A stretch of DNA of 64,000 nt. It comes from Opitutales bacterium (lineage in GTDB: Bacteria > Verrucomicrobiota > Verrucomicrobiia > Opitutales > JAFGAQ01). The position numbers and the translations under genes were made by a program. Under the pieces are notes generated by a model. The model saw only the letters and a list, made by a program, of their open reading frames with translations. It did no database searches and was not told the DNA's origin. Location: NCBI GenBank assembly GCA_033813415.1, contig JAPXRV010000001.1:40524-104523 (forward strand). The letters are read 5' to 3'. Of the stretch, positions 53,383 through 63,028 are shown one piece after another (position 1 is the first letter of the stretch; each line of letters begins with the position of its first letter).

Positions 53383-53577
53383 TCAGCCAGCCGCCTTTTT
53401 GGCATCCTTGACCACAGACTGCTGCCTTGCCTTGTCGTTGACTGCCAGATACTCATCAATCTGAGCCACGGCTTTGGCGAGGGTGGGCGTCACATATTTG
53501 AGCCCGCAGATGTAGAAGGTACCATTCGACTGCTGCGCGATCGTATAGCCCCGGTAGGTTTTGGTTTCACTGCTCAT
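53383..53577 (-). CDS. small hypothetical protein (64 aa)
   Basis: The ORF has balanced, protein-like composition (MSSETKTYRGYTIAQQSNGTFYICGLKYVTPTLAKAVAQIDEYL…). No family was recognised and no obvious SD. It lies tail-to-tail 12 nt from dnaE. Confidence 0.35.
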   Translation of the reverse strand: MSSETKTYRGYTIAQQSNGTFYICGLKYVTPTLAKAVAQIDEYLAVNDKARQQSVVKDAKKAAG

Positions 53578-53856
53578 GCTGTTCTATGGTTTGCGGTAAT
53601 CGTATTCTCCTATCTTCGACCAAAAACCGCGCCGATGAAGCAACAAAATATCTGTCGTCCAATTCCACGCACCAAACCACAAGCGCTTGACCCGGTTTGC
53701 TCGAAAACCCGTTCCATAATTGCGCCTATCCCCCACCCCATTGCGGGATGCCTCGCTTTCGTCGTGTCCAGCATACCCCGCTCAAGGATTTCGAGGGATT
53801 AGGCATTGACGAATCCCCGGGATGAATTAGGGTTAGCCGCTTAATTGTCACCAACT

Positions 53857-54366
53857 ATGACGCAACCAATCGAGAGAAATCCCGCATTTGCCGCCCGGAC
53901 CAGCGTTGAGCAGGTCGAAGAAGGCACCCAGCTTGCACCCAAGTTCGACTCGAACGGGGTCATTCCATGCATCACCATGCACGCCCACACCAAGGAAGTG
54001 TTGATGTTTGCCTTCATGAATGAACAAGCCTTGCTGCTCACGATTGAAACCGGATTGGCTCATTACTGGTCGCGTTCCAGAGGCAAGCTTTGGAAAAAGG
54101 GTGAAAGCTCCGGAATGTTTCAAAAGATCCAGCGCATCCTCATCGACGATGACCAGGATTGCATCGTCTTGGAAGTGACCCTTACCCAGCCGACCGCCGG
54201 CGGTTCCGAAGCCTCCTGTCACGTAGGATACCGCAGTTGTTTCTATCGGGAAATCCCCGTAGGAAAACCTGGAGACGCTCCTGTGGAACTGCGTTTTGTT
54301 GAAGAAAAGAAAGCGTTTGATCCGACCGCCGTTTACGGGGACACGCCGAATCCAACGAAACTCTGA
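53857..54366 (+). CDS. hisI: phosphoribosyl-AMP cyclohydrolase (monofunctional HisI)
   Basis: GVIPCITMHAHTKEVLMFAFMNEQAL, YWSRSRGKLWKKGESSG, DDDQDCIVLEV and SCHVGYRSCFY. ATG at 53857. Confidence 0.9.
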   Translation: MTQPIERNPAFAARTSVEQVEEGTQLAPKFDSNGVIPCITMHAHTKEVLMFAFMNEQALLLTIETGLAHYWSRSRGKLWKKGESSGMFQKIQRILIDDDQDCIVLEVTLTQPTAGGSEASCHVGYRSCFYREIPVGKPGDAPVELRFVEEKKAFDPTAVYGDTPNPTKL

Positions 54367-54408
54367 GGTTCCGGGGATTCTTCTACCGTATCTAAATTTG
54401 GCATTCGA

Positions 54409-54433
54409 GGGCGGGAGTCATCCCGCCCTTTTT
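54409..54433 (+). terminator. intrinsic terminator after hisI
   Basis: GGGCGGGA-GTCA-TCCCGCCC (8 bp GC-rich stem) followed by TTTTT. Confidence 0.8.
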
Positions 54434-54544
54434 CACGGGCCAATCAGTCGATGCGAGCCGCGCATCAACGCACACACAGAATACTTCCGAATAGGGTTGC
54501 CTTACCGCTAGCCCGAGGTCATTTTTGCCGGGTTTGTTTGTTGA

Positions 54545-55972
54545 ATGGATACTTTGGTAAAGAATGTACTCGCTGATCGCTACGCATCCCCTGCGATGGC
54601 CGATCTATGGTCTGAAACGGGCAAGATCCGTCTGGAGCGAAAACTCTGGATTGCCGTGATGCTGGCGCAGCGGGACCTCGGGATCCCGATTCCTATGGAA
54701 GCGATCACAGCCTATGAGCGAGTGGTCGACAAGATCGATCTTGAATCCATCCGCAAACGCGAAAAGGCCACCCGGCACGACGTCAAAGCGAGAATCGACG
54801 AGTTTTGCGAGCTTGCCGGTTTCCAGCACATCCACAAGGGATTGACCAGCCGCGATCTCACCGAAAACGTCGAACAGCTACAGGTTGCGCAAGCCCTGCG
54901 GATGACGCTTGAAAAAGCGGTCAGCAGTTTGTCCGCACTTGGAGATTGCGCCGAGCGTTTCCGTGATTTGGTGCTCGCCGGACGCACGCACAATGTGCCG
55001 GCCCAGCCGACCACCTTGGGCAAACGTTTTGCGATGTTTGGAGAGGAACTCCTACTGGCGATCGCCGAACTCGAACACTTCCTCAACACCTACCCGGTCC
55101 GGGGACTCAAAGGTGCCGTCGGAACACAGACCGACCAGATCACCCTCTTCGACGGGGATTTGGAAAAAACCGCACAGCTTGAGGCATCGATGCTGCGCCA
55201 CCTCGGATTACCTGCGCTCATGAGTAGCGTGGGTCAGGTTTACCCGCGTTCACTGGACTTCGGACTGGTCAGCAAGCTCTACGCCCTGAGTGCGGCTCCT
55301 TCCAATTTTGCCCGGACCATCCGGCTCATGGCTGGACACGAGGCCGCTTCAGAAGGTTTTGCCAAAGGGCAAACGGGATCGTCCGCGATGCCGCACAAAA
55401 TGAACAGCCGGAGTTGCGAGAGAATCCATGGCTTCAGGTCTATTCTGGCTGGACATGTCACCATGGCATCGGCTCTTGCCGGAGATCAGTGGCACGAGGG
55501 CGATGTATCCTGTTCCGTGGTTCGCCGGGTGGTGCTGCCCGATAGTTTCTTTGCCATCGACGGGCTGCTCAACACATTCCTGTCGGTATTGCAGCAACTC
55601 ACAGTGTATCCTGCAGTTATCGGCCAGGAGCTTGAGCAATACGCGCCCTTCCTGCTCACAACCACCATTTTGATGGAAGCGGTCAAAAAGGGAATCGGTC
55701 GCGAGGACGCCCACCATCTCATCAAAACCCATGCGGTGGCGGAAATCGAAACCCGCCGGCAATCGGGAAACCTCGAGAATCACCTGATCGATCGTTTGGC
55801 CGCTGATCCCACCTTCCCTCTCGATCGATCCGAACTCGAACGCATTTCGCACTCAATTCGCAATCAGACGGGCAACGCGCTTCGTCAAATTGACGGATTC
55901 CTTTCACAAGTCGCCTCACTCAAAGCACGCTATCCGGGCCATCGCGAACACGGTGTGGCTGACATCCTGTAA
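54545..55972 (+). CDS. purB: adenylosuccinate lyase
   Basis: LADRYASPAMADLWS, GLTSRDLTEN, GRTHNVPAQPTTLGKRF, and the fumarate-lyase signature GSSAMPHKMNSRSCE. Confidence 0.95.
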   Translation: MDTLVKNVLADRYASPAMADLWSETGKIRLERKLWIAVMLAQRDLGIPIPMEAITAYERVVDKIDLESIRKREKATRHDVKARIDEFCELAGFQHIHKGLTSRDLTENVEQLQVAQALRMTLEKAVSSLSALGDCAERFRDLVLAGRTHNVPAQPTTLGKRFAMFGEELLLAIAELEHFLNTYPVRGLKGAVGTQTDQITLFDGDLEKTAQLEASMLRHLGLPALMSSVGQVYPRSLDFGLVSKLYALSAAPSNFARTIRLMAGHEAASEGFAKGQTGSSAMPHKMNSRSCERIHGFRSILAGHVTMASALAGDQWHEGDVSCSVVRRVVLPDSFFAIDGLLNTFLSVLQQLTVYPAVIGQELEQYAPFLLTTTILMEAVKKGIGREDAHHLIKTHAVAEIETRRQSGNLENHLIDRLAADPTFPLDRSELERISHSIRNQTGNALRQIDGFLSQVASLKARYPGHREHGVADIL

Positions 55973-55990
55973 CTGAGACATTTCAAAATC

Positions 55991-57541
55991 ATGGCACTCA
56001 AACCCTTCCAAAGCACCATTATCGCAGACGTTGGAATTTCCTTCGGAGACGAAGGTAAAGGCCGCGTCGTGTACGAAGTGGCAGACGAAATCGAAAAGAT
56101 GTCCGAGCCTTCAAACCACATCGCAATGGTGTTGAAGGTAAATGGCGGAGCCAATTCCGGACACACCGCCGGAGGATTGAAACACAATCTCCTGCCCTGC
56201 GGAGTTGTGGATTCCCGGATTGAACATCTCGCGATGGGTTCCGGGGTCGTGGCCGATCCGCGCAAGATCTGGTGGGAGGTGAAGCCGATCGAAGCACTCG
56301 GGTATCCCGTTCTTCCGCGACTGCGCATCGACGAGCGCACCCAGGTCAGCGATCTGTGCCATCGACTCCTCGATCTCGCATGGGAACACTATCGGGCGCA
56401 TGTCTTGAAAGAGGAATCCAGAGGTACCACCGGACGCGGCATCACGCCGGCTTTCAGCGACGAGGTAAACCAGTGGCAGATCTTTTTTGATGTGTTCCGG
56501 CACGACAAAGAGAGTTTTCTCCAGAGGCTTTTCACAAGAGCGAGACGGGCACTGGCAACCATCCAGCACACTTGTCAGGTGGATGCGGCTACCTGGGATG
56601 TTTTTTTTGCCCATCTGACACAGGCCGAACTCAAAGCCAATGCGGATTCGATCGAGAAAGGGATCTTCCCTGCTTCCGAATTTGATTTCATGCGCTTCAA
56701 GGGTGAGCGTCCGTTTGACCTCAACTGGGAAGAATTCGGAAACGTCTACTGGCAGGCTGGCAGTTCCTTGGCCCGGCAAATCGACGACGTTCGTGAACTC
56801 ATGCTTGGTGCAATGGATCGCAAGGCCCATGTGATATGCGAATTCGGTCAATCCTATTGGCTGGATAAACGTCAGGGATTCAGCCCGAATGTGACGGCCT
56901 CCCATGCATTCACTCCCGAATTGTTTCAGTCTGCGGGCATTCCACTTCAGCCGGTCCACACCATTGGAGTGTGTAAAGCATACGACACCAAGGTCGGAAC
57001 CCATGTCTTCATCACCCAGATGGATGATCAGGACCCAATCACGACCAGACTCAAACGCATGGAGTATGGAACCTCCACCGGAAGGCAACGCATGGTCGGA
57101 TGGTTTGATGCGGTGGAAAAGGGATCGGCCCTTCGCTATGGAGGATATCAGGATCTGGTCATCAACAAGATTGACGCACTCACCCTCGGGCCGGATTGGC
57201 AAGGCCCGCTGAAGCTTTGCATCGCATACAAGGATGACAAGGGCAACCTCTACCATCGCGTCCCGAGAAACGACGCCGTTCGGCGCGCACTCAAGCCCGT
57301 CTACAAAGAACTGCCCGGATGGACAGTTGATTTGCAGAAGCTCAAATCATTCGCGGATTTTCCAGCCGAAGCAAAACGCTATGTTGGATGGATGCTAAAG
57401 GCTCTGCATGACTGTGCGAACGAAGGGAATCGGGTCAGGCTTGCGCCTCCAAACATCCGGTATATCGGAGTGGGTCCGGACAAAAGCCAGATCATCTCGG
57501 ATATCCCCGATGCGGACCATCTGATATCTCTCGCGGTTTGA
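55991..57541 (+). CDS. purA: adenylosuccinate synthetase family protein, divergent long form
   Basis: GDEGKGRVV (P-loop), [20 protein letters not shown] and [14 protein letters not shown]. It is 516 aa, longer than the usual ~430 aa, and begins 18 nt after purB. Confidence 0.75.
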   Translation: MALKPFQSTIIADVGISFGDEGKGRVVYEVADEIEKMSEPSNHIAMVLKVNGGANSGHTAGGLKHNLLPCGVVDSRIEHLAMGSGVVADPRKIWWEVKPIEALGYPVLPRLRIDERTQVSDLCHRLLDLAWEHYRAHVLKEESRGTTGRGITPAFSDEVNQWQIFFDVFRHDKESFLQRLFTRARRALATIQHTCQVDAATWDVFFAHLTQAELKANADSIEKGIFPASEFDFMRFKGERPFDLNWEEFGNVYWQAGSSLARQIDDVRELMLGAMDRKAHVICEFGQSYWLDKRQGFSPNVTASHAFTPELFQSAGIPLQPVHTIGVCKAYDTKVGTHVFITQMDDQDPITTRLKRMEYGTSTGRQRMVGWFDAVEKGSALRYGGYQDLVINKIDALTLGPDWQGPLKLCIAYKDDKGNLYHRVPRNDAVRRALKPVYKELPGWTVDLQKLKSFADFPAEAKRYVGWMLKALHDCANEGNRVRLAPPNIRYIGVGPDKSQIISDIPDADHLISLAV

Positions 57542-57650
57542 TCCATCTATCGCCGGGTTCCACTCATCATTCTGGATTCCACAGAGTGTCACCCGGCAAA
57601 TAACTCAAACATCCAGACACCGGCACCCAATCCGGGGAACCTCGTTCCTC

Positions 57651-58157
57651 ATGAAAAAAGCAATCTATCCGGGGACATTTGATCCCTTCACCTACGGTCA
57701 CTTCGATGTGCTGACCCGTGCGGCCAGGATATTCGAACATGTCGCGATCGCTGTCACCGACAACCAGAGCAAAAGCCCCATCTTTTCTGTAACGGAACGT
57801 GTGGAGTTGATCCGTGAGAACATCGGGCATCTCAGCAACGTCAGCGTTGTCTCGTTCCGCGGACTTGTGGTTGACTTCGCCAAGGAAATCGAGGCGAAGG
57901 CCTTGATCCGGGGACTGCGTGCGGTTTCGGACTTCGACTACGAGTTTCAGATGGCACAGATGAACCGGCACCTGGATGAAGGGCTGGAGACCATTTTCCT
58001 GATGCCAAACGAGAAATACTTCTTCACCAGCTCAAGTCTGGTCAAGCAGGTCAGTCTTTACACCGACCGGGACACCGGGTTGGTGCCGCCCAATGTCTAC
58101 AAGGCATTGTGCAACCGCTGTGCCACCATTCGGGAGGCAAAAGCCATGTCTTCTTGA
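57651..58157 (+). CDS. coaD: pantetheine-phosphate adenylyltransferase
   Basis: [42 protein letters not shown], and SSSLVKQV. Confidence 0.95.
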   Translation: MKKAIYPGTFDPFTYGHFDVLTRAARIFEHVAIAVTDNQSKSPIFSVTERVELIRENIGHLSNVSVVSFRGLVVDFAKEIEAKALIRGLRAVSDFDYEFQMAQMNRHLDEGLETIFLMPNEKYFFTSSSLVKQVSLYTDRDTGLVPPNVYKALCNRCATIREAKAMSS

Positions 58158-58214
58158 GGCCGTTCAGGCGCCAATGCGTGTTCCGGCAGCTCATCCGAGC
58201 ATTCCTGGCGCCCG

Positions 58215-59612
58215 ATGAAAAAACCTATCCCCATGCAGGATACATCCATATCACAGTCTTTCGACGAAGCCGGGATCGAGAGGCGCATGCGGGTTACCGC
58301 TCTTTCAGGTCCCATATTTGTGGAGACCTTTCTCCGGATGCTGTTTTTGAACATCGACGTGTTCATGCTCAAATACTATTCGGAAAAGGCGGTAGCTGCG
58401 ATGGGTCCCATCATGCAGTTTTACTTCCTGATCCTGATCATGCTCATGGTGAGCACTTCGGGAGCCGGAATTCTGATTGCACAGTATTTAGGGGCGCGCA
58501 GACGCGACATGGCGGCAGAGTACTCGCTGGCCAGCCTGAACCTGGTTACCCTCTCTGGGATCGTCATCGGGATCGTGTTTTTTATCGCGCCCGATCTCTA
58601 TCTGGGATTTTATGCACTGGAGGACAGTGTCCATAACTATGCCCTCGAATACATGACTGTCATGGGGAGCGCGGCAGCAGCCCTATCCTTCTCCGTTGGA
58701 GTCACCGGTATCGCACGCAGTTACGGGTTCACGCGCATCACACTCATCGCAAGTATCGCCGGAAACATCGTCAATGTGTTCGGTAACGCCTGTTTCATTT
58801 TCGGACTCTTTGGAGTTCCGGTTCTAGGTGTAAAGGGTGTCGCTATTTCCACCCTCACGGGAAACCTGTTCTCGGGCGTTGTTGTCTACATCTTTCTTTC
58901 GCGCCAACCGGGATTCAAGTTGCCATTCAACCGCATCTTTCGCCTTCCGCTCCTTCACTATTGGAACATCCTTAAAATCGGAGCTCCGAGCGCGGGAGAA
59001 CAGCTCTCCTACAACCTCGCTCAGATGGTGACCATGCAGTTCATTTCGCGACTGGGAACCCCATCGCTGACGGCCTACGTGTGTGCATTCAATATCATGC
59101 GCTTCATCTTCATGGTTTCGCTTTCCATCGGGCAGGCCATCCAGATCCTTGTCGGATACCTTGTCGGAAGCAAACGTGCCGATGAAGCGAAAAAACGCAC
59201 ACTGACAAGCCTGCGCTTCTCTGTGATAGTAACCTTCGGCATCGCAATCGCCTTTTCCATCTTCCGCGAATCCCTGATCAGGATATACACCAACGACCCT
59301 GAGGTGATCGCGATCGCGGGAAGCCTCGTGCTCATGACGATGATCCTTGAGCCCAGCCGGGCATTCAACATCATCCTTGGATCCGCGTTGCGGGGAGCGG
59401 GTGACTACAAGTTTCCGATCTCTATCGGGATCGTTTTCATGTGGGGAGTCTCGGTCAATCTTGCCTATTTCCTGGGCATCCGGTGGGGAATGGGAGCTTT
59501 GGGCGTCTGGATCGCGTTCACCGCGGATGAATCCCTGCGTGGGGCATTGATGCTTTGGCGTTGGTTGTCAGGGATCTGGAAAACGAAATCGATCGTATCC
59601 ACCAACTCCTGA
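58215..59612 (+). CDS. MATE-family efflux transporter
   Basis: 12-TM protein with two-fold internal symmetry. LSGPIFVETFL, GAGILIAQYLGARR and ALRGAGDYKFP are typical MATE/NorM motifs. Confidence 0.85.
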   Translation: MKKPIPMQDTSISQSFDEAGIERRMRVTALSGPIFVETFLRMLFLNIDVFMLKYYSEKAVAAMGPIMQFYFLILIMLMVSTSGAGILIAQYLGARRRDMAAEYSLASLNLVTLSGIVIGIVFFIAPDLYLGFYALEDSVHNYALEYMTVMGSAAAALSFSVGVTGIARSYGFTRITLIASIAGNIVNVFGNACFIFGLFGVPVLGVKGVAISTLTGNLFSGVVVYIFLSRQPGFKLPFNRIFRLPLLHYWNILKIGAPSAGEQLSYNLAQMVTMQFISRLGTPSLTAYVCAFNIMRFIFMVSLSIGQAIQILVGYLVGSKRADEAKKRTLTSLRFSVIVTFGIAIAFSIFRESLIRIYTNDPEVIAIAGSLVLMTMILEPSRAFNIILGSALRGAGDYKFPISIGIVFMWGVSVNLAYFLGIRWGMGALGVWIAFTADESLRGALMLWRWLSGIWKTKSIVSTNS

Positions 59613-59629
59613 ATCCAAATCGGCGATCG

Positions 59630-60925
59630 TCACGATCCGGCGGTTTTGATGCCGTCGTAGAGCGTCTTCATGCGTTCACACTGGAGCTCCCGGGTGAACT
59701 CCTTCATGACGGTCTGCCTGGCAGCTTCGCGGAGACTCTCCCTGTCCAACGGTTCAAGAGATAACACGGCTCTTATTTCGCCAGCCAAAGCGGCGGAGTC
59801 ACGTGCAGGAACCAGACGTCCGTTTGCATGGTGCTCAATCATATCGGAAACCCCTCCGACGTCATAGGCGACACATGGGGTTCCACACGACAGTGACTCC
59901 ATCACGGTGTTTGGCAGATTGTCCTGATGCGAAGGGAGCACAAACACATCCGCAGCGGAGTAAACGCAGGCCATTCGGGCCTCATCCTTAACAAAACCCA
60001 GAAAATGTGTCGGAGTTTTGTAGGGAAGCTCACCGCCGGGGTGGTTGGATCCGAATACGACAACCTCCACTCCGGCATTTGAGTCCCGCTCCAGAATGCG
60101 CATCGCCTCCACGAAATCCCCGAATCCCTTGTTCCTGTCCTGAACTGCAAAATTCGCGCCGAAGAGGATGTAGCGTTTGTCTTGCTCCAGACCCAGACGA
60201 TTCCGCGCCTCTGCAGGATCAAGCGGATGAAAAACCTCCGTATCAACCCCGTTGGGAATCCGGACAATTGGATGCCCACCTAGAATCCGGCTTCTGCGCG
60301 CGTCGCGTTCCATCCATCGACTCAGAGTGACAATGTTCCATTTTACTTTGTCCAATGCATCGCACTTCCGTTGCCAAACCCAACGGTCCACATCCCATCC
60401 GCCATCCATCGGATCGCGATTGTCGGGCAGAAATCCCTCCACGAAACGGGAGGATTGATCGCTATGGAGGTGCTGGGCTCCGTTGAAAAGCCACCTTCCG
60501 TGCAGAGTAGCGACCACAGGACAATGGATGTGCCGGAAATACTGAATCGGCAGCATTCCATCGCCGAACCAGTGCAGGTGAACCAGCTTTGGCCGGATAT
60601 CTTTCCAGATTTGATGCATCCGGGGATTCGGAAGGAAGTTAAAAGAGGAGTAGTTCCAATGTGAGTGCCTGCAGAGATATGCCGGCCATTTGTCTATCCT
60701 GGAGCGCAGCCGGATATATAGCCTCGATAGCAGAGAATCAGGACCCCACACGGTGGGATCTTCGCTTGTCTTATGATCCACCCACATGCGGGATCTCACC
60801 CCCATCCGCAAAAGCCCGGTGTGGAGTCGATAGGCCGCACGCCCTACTCCGCCCCCGCCGTCCGAGATGTTGATATGGAGCACATCCGGGGATCCATCAT
60901 TGGTGTCACTGGGTCTCGCCTTCAT
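59630..60925 (-). CDS. glycosyltransferase family 4
   Basis: N-terminal GGGGVGRAAYRL and C-terminal FVLPSHQDNLPNTVMESLSCGTPCVAYDVGG. The ATG at 60925 overlaps the upstream stop (ATGA). Confidence 0.8.
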   Translation of the reverse strand: MKARPSDTNDGSPDVLHINISDGGGGVGRAAYRLHTGLLRMGVRSRMWVDHKTSEDPTVWGPDSLLSRLYIRLRSRIDKWPAYLCRHSHWNYSSFNFLPNPRMHQIWKDIRPKLVHLHWFGDGMLPIQYFRHIHCPVVATLHGRWLFNGAQHLHSDQSSRFVEGFLPDNRDPMDGGWDVDRWVWQRKCDALDKVKWNIVTLSRWMERDARRSRILGGHPIVRIPNGVDTEVFHPLDPAEARNRLGLEQDKRYILFGANFAVQDRNKGFGDFVEAMRILERDSNAGVEVVVFGSNHPGGELPYKTPTHFLGFVKDEARMACVYSAADVFVLPSHQDNLPNTVMESLSCGTPCVAYDVGGVSDMIEHHANGRLVPARDSAALAGEIRAVLSLEPLDRESLREAARQTVMKEFTRELQCERMKTLYDGIKTAGS

Positions 60926-61944
60926 GATTTGCTCCCCGATCGGATCAGTTTTCGGATCAGCAGGCGCCGGAGTCGATCTCCGGAAAGAAAAACATCCGAA
61001 CCGGAACGCTTCTTCGAAAGGGACCTGATATCCGCCATCGAAAGGTGACTCATGTGCGCAAAGGTCCAATCATAGAGGTACACCGCCAGACGCTTGGACA
61101 GAGCCTCCGCATCCACGAGCGGGATCTCAAGGTTCAACGCTGCCATCTTCGACAACCATGCTCTCCCGTCCATCCACCGACTCTTATCCGGTGACTCCGA
61201 CCCTTCACAAATCCGGTGGTGCAATTCCCATTCGCCTTTGGATATGGACGCCGACCATGGAGCCAGCAAATCCGCGCGTATCCTGCGGGCGCCATCAAGC
61301 TGCTGCTGAACGTAGGCACTGAGTTTGACCTTGCGATCCACCCGGTAGTTCAAGAGAACCGCATCCATATTCCCAGCCTCGAGTACACGGCACGCACGCA
61401 CCCAAAGATCATAATCCTCGGCAGTCGGAATCTCGTCCTCGTAGCAGAGTCCCAGTTCATCAAACGCATTCCGTCTCCACGCGACAGCGGGGTGAGCAAA
61501 CGCCGGATTGAAAAGCATCTGAGCTTGAATCTCCGGATGACGCAGCGGGTATCTCACGATTCCACGGACCTCGCCGAATCGCTTCACCGCCCCCCCGCAT
61601 AGGGCGATGGACGGATGCTTATCGAGAAAACCCACCTGCAGTTCCAAGCGGTTCTTCACCGCAATATCATCCGAATCCATGCGGACCACATATTCCCCGC
61701 GGGCTTCGAACATCACCCGGTTCAGTCCAGCTGCCACTCCCATGTTGGATGGCTGACGCACAACCTTTAGGCGCGGATCCCGGAAAGAAGCCAGTATATC
61801 CGGGGTAGCGTCTACAGATCCATCGTCGACAATCAGGAACTCAAAGTCACGAAAAGACTGACCCAGGATACTTTCGACCGCTGTCCGGAGGTATTTCTCC
61901 CCGTTGTAAACGGGCATCAGGACACTGACTCTTGGAGCCGTCAT
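60922..61944 (-). CDS. glycosyltransferase family 2
   Basis: VSVLMPVYNGEKYLRTAVESILGQSFRDFEFLIVDDGSVDAT and MDSDDI (DxD). Confidence 0.85.
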   Translation of the reverse strand: MTAPRVSVLMPVYNGEKYLRTAVESILGQSFRDFEFLIVDDGSVDATPDILASFRDPRLKVVRQPSNMGVAAGLNRVMFEARGEYVVRMDSDDIAVKNRLELQVGFLDKHPSIALCGGAVKRFGEVRGIVRYPLRHPEIQAQMLFNPAFAHPAVAWRRNAFDELGLCYEDEIPTAEDYDLWVRACRVLEAGNMDAVLLNYRVDRKVKLSAYVQQQLDGARRIRADLLAPWSASISKGEWELHHRICEGSESPDKSRWMDGRAWLSKMAALNLEIPLVDAEALSKRLAVYLYDWTFAHMSHLSMADIRSLSKKRSGSDVFLSGDRLRRLLIRKLIRSGSKS

Positions 61945-62855
61945 AGAGCGGAGGGAGCTTTGGATGATTCTGCGGAACCCAGGTTCAGGGGAATTGCCAG
62001 TATGGTATCTCCCTGACGCCCCCTCACCGCACCTCCGGTTCTGGCATCGATCACCCGGTATCCTCTATCCTCAAGAAAACGGCAAACGTTAGCGGAACTG
62101 GTTCCGAATCCGGCCAACAGCCGATCATCCAATTCGGCAAGGATCACCGGGCGATGTTTGGATAGAGTTTCGACCGCGCCCTGAAAAACCTCCCATTCCG
62201 CCCCTTCCACATCCATTTTTATGAAACCGGGTCTCAGACCATGCTCCTCCACCAATGAATCCAAAGTGCAACAGGGTGCCTTAATCTCAACCGTCTCAAA
62301 TTGGAGTGCATGGGTGTGCTGAATCGGTCGCATGGATGAGTATTCCTCGCGCCCTTCGACTACATTGAAGCAAACTTCCCCGGGCTTCGACCCCAATACC
62401 CCCTCCTGAACGACGACATTTGTCACACCATTCCGTTCGAGGTTGTCACGTAAACGCCTCAGCGCCCCCGGTGTGGGCTCTACCGAGCAAACCCGCTGGC
62501 CTTCTGAAGCCAGCAACTTCCCCATTAGCACCGAAAAGAAGCCGACATTTGCACCCACATCCACCGCATCTTTGCCCCGGTCAAGGTGCCGCCGCACGAG
62601 GGCGGCAAGCTCCGGTTCATAGGATCCTTCCCGGATCACGCACTTTAGCAACAACGACTCCCGGCCAATGGAGAATACCCCATCAAAATCCGGGAGCTCC
62701 ACTTCGAGCGACGCTGACTTCACCCGCCCGAGAATGCGGTCAAATGCCCGATCAAACCTCCGTTCATTTGAGCGGAGCCAAAGGCGCCTCACCCATATCA
62801 ATGGGAATAAAACAAAACGGATCAGAGGATGCTTTTTGAGTCTTTGGATAATCAT
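61941..62855 (-). CDS. FkbM-family SAM-dependent methyltransferase
   Basis: VDVGANVGFFSV (SAM motif I), FIKMDVEGAEWEVFQGA. Start at ATG 62855. Its stop overlaps the GT2 start (ATGA at 61941-61944). Confidence 0.8.
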   Translation of the reverse strand: MIIQRLKKHPLIRFVLFPLIWVRRLWLRSNERRFDRAFDRILGRVKSASLEVELPDFDGVFSIGRESLLLKCVIREGSYEPELAALVRRHLDRGKDAVDVGANVGFFSVLMGKLLASEGQRVCSVEPTPGALRRLRDNLERNGVTNVVVQEGVLGSKPGEVCFNVVEGREEYSSMRPIQHTHALQFETVEIKAPCCTLDSLVEEHGLRPGFIKMDVEGAEWEVFQGAVETLSKHRPVILAELDDRLLAGFGTSSANVCRFLEDRGYRVIDARTGGAVRGRQGDTILAIPLNLGSAESSKAPSAL

Positions 62856-63028
62856 GGGAAAGGCAGCATTCGCACTAAGTGTTGCATTTGAATGAAGGAT
62901 CCGCGGGATGGCAAGGGTCTTGAATGAATCCTGAGTTTGATGGTTGATCCTTCGACACATTTGGTTCTAGACTACCTGCTTTCTTTCCTGATCCAGCATA
63001 CGCTTCCCAGCCAATCCATCCGGATATC

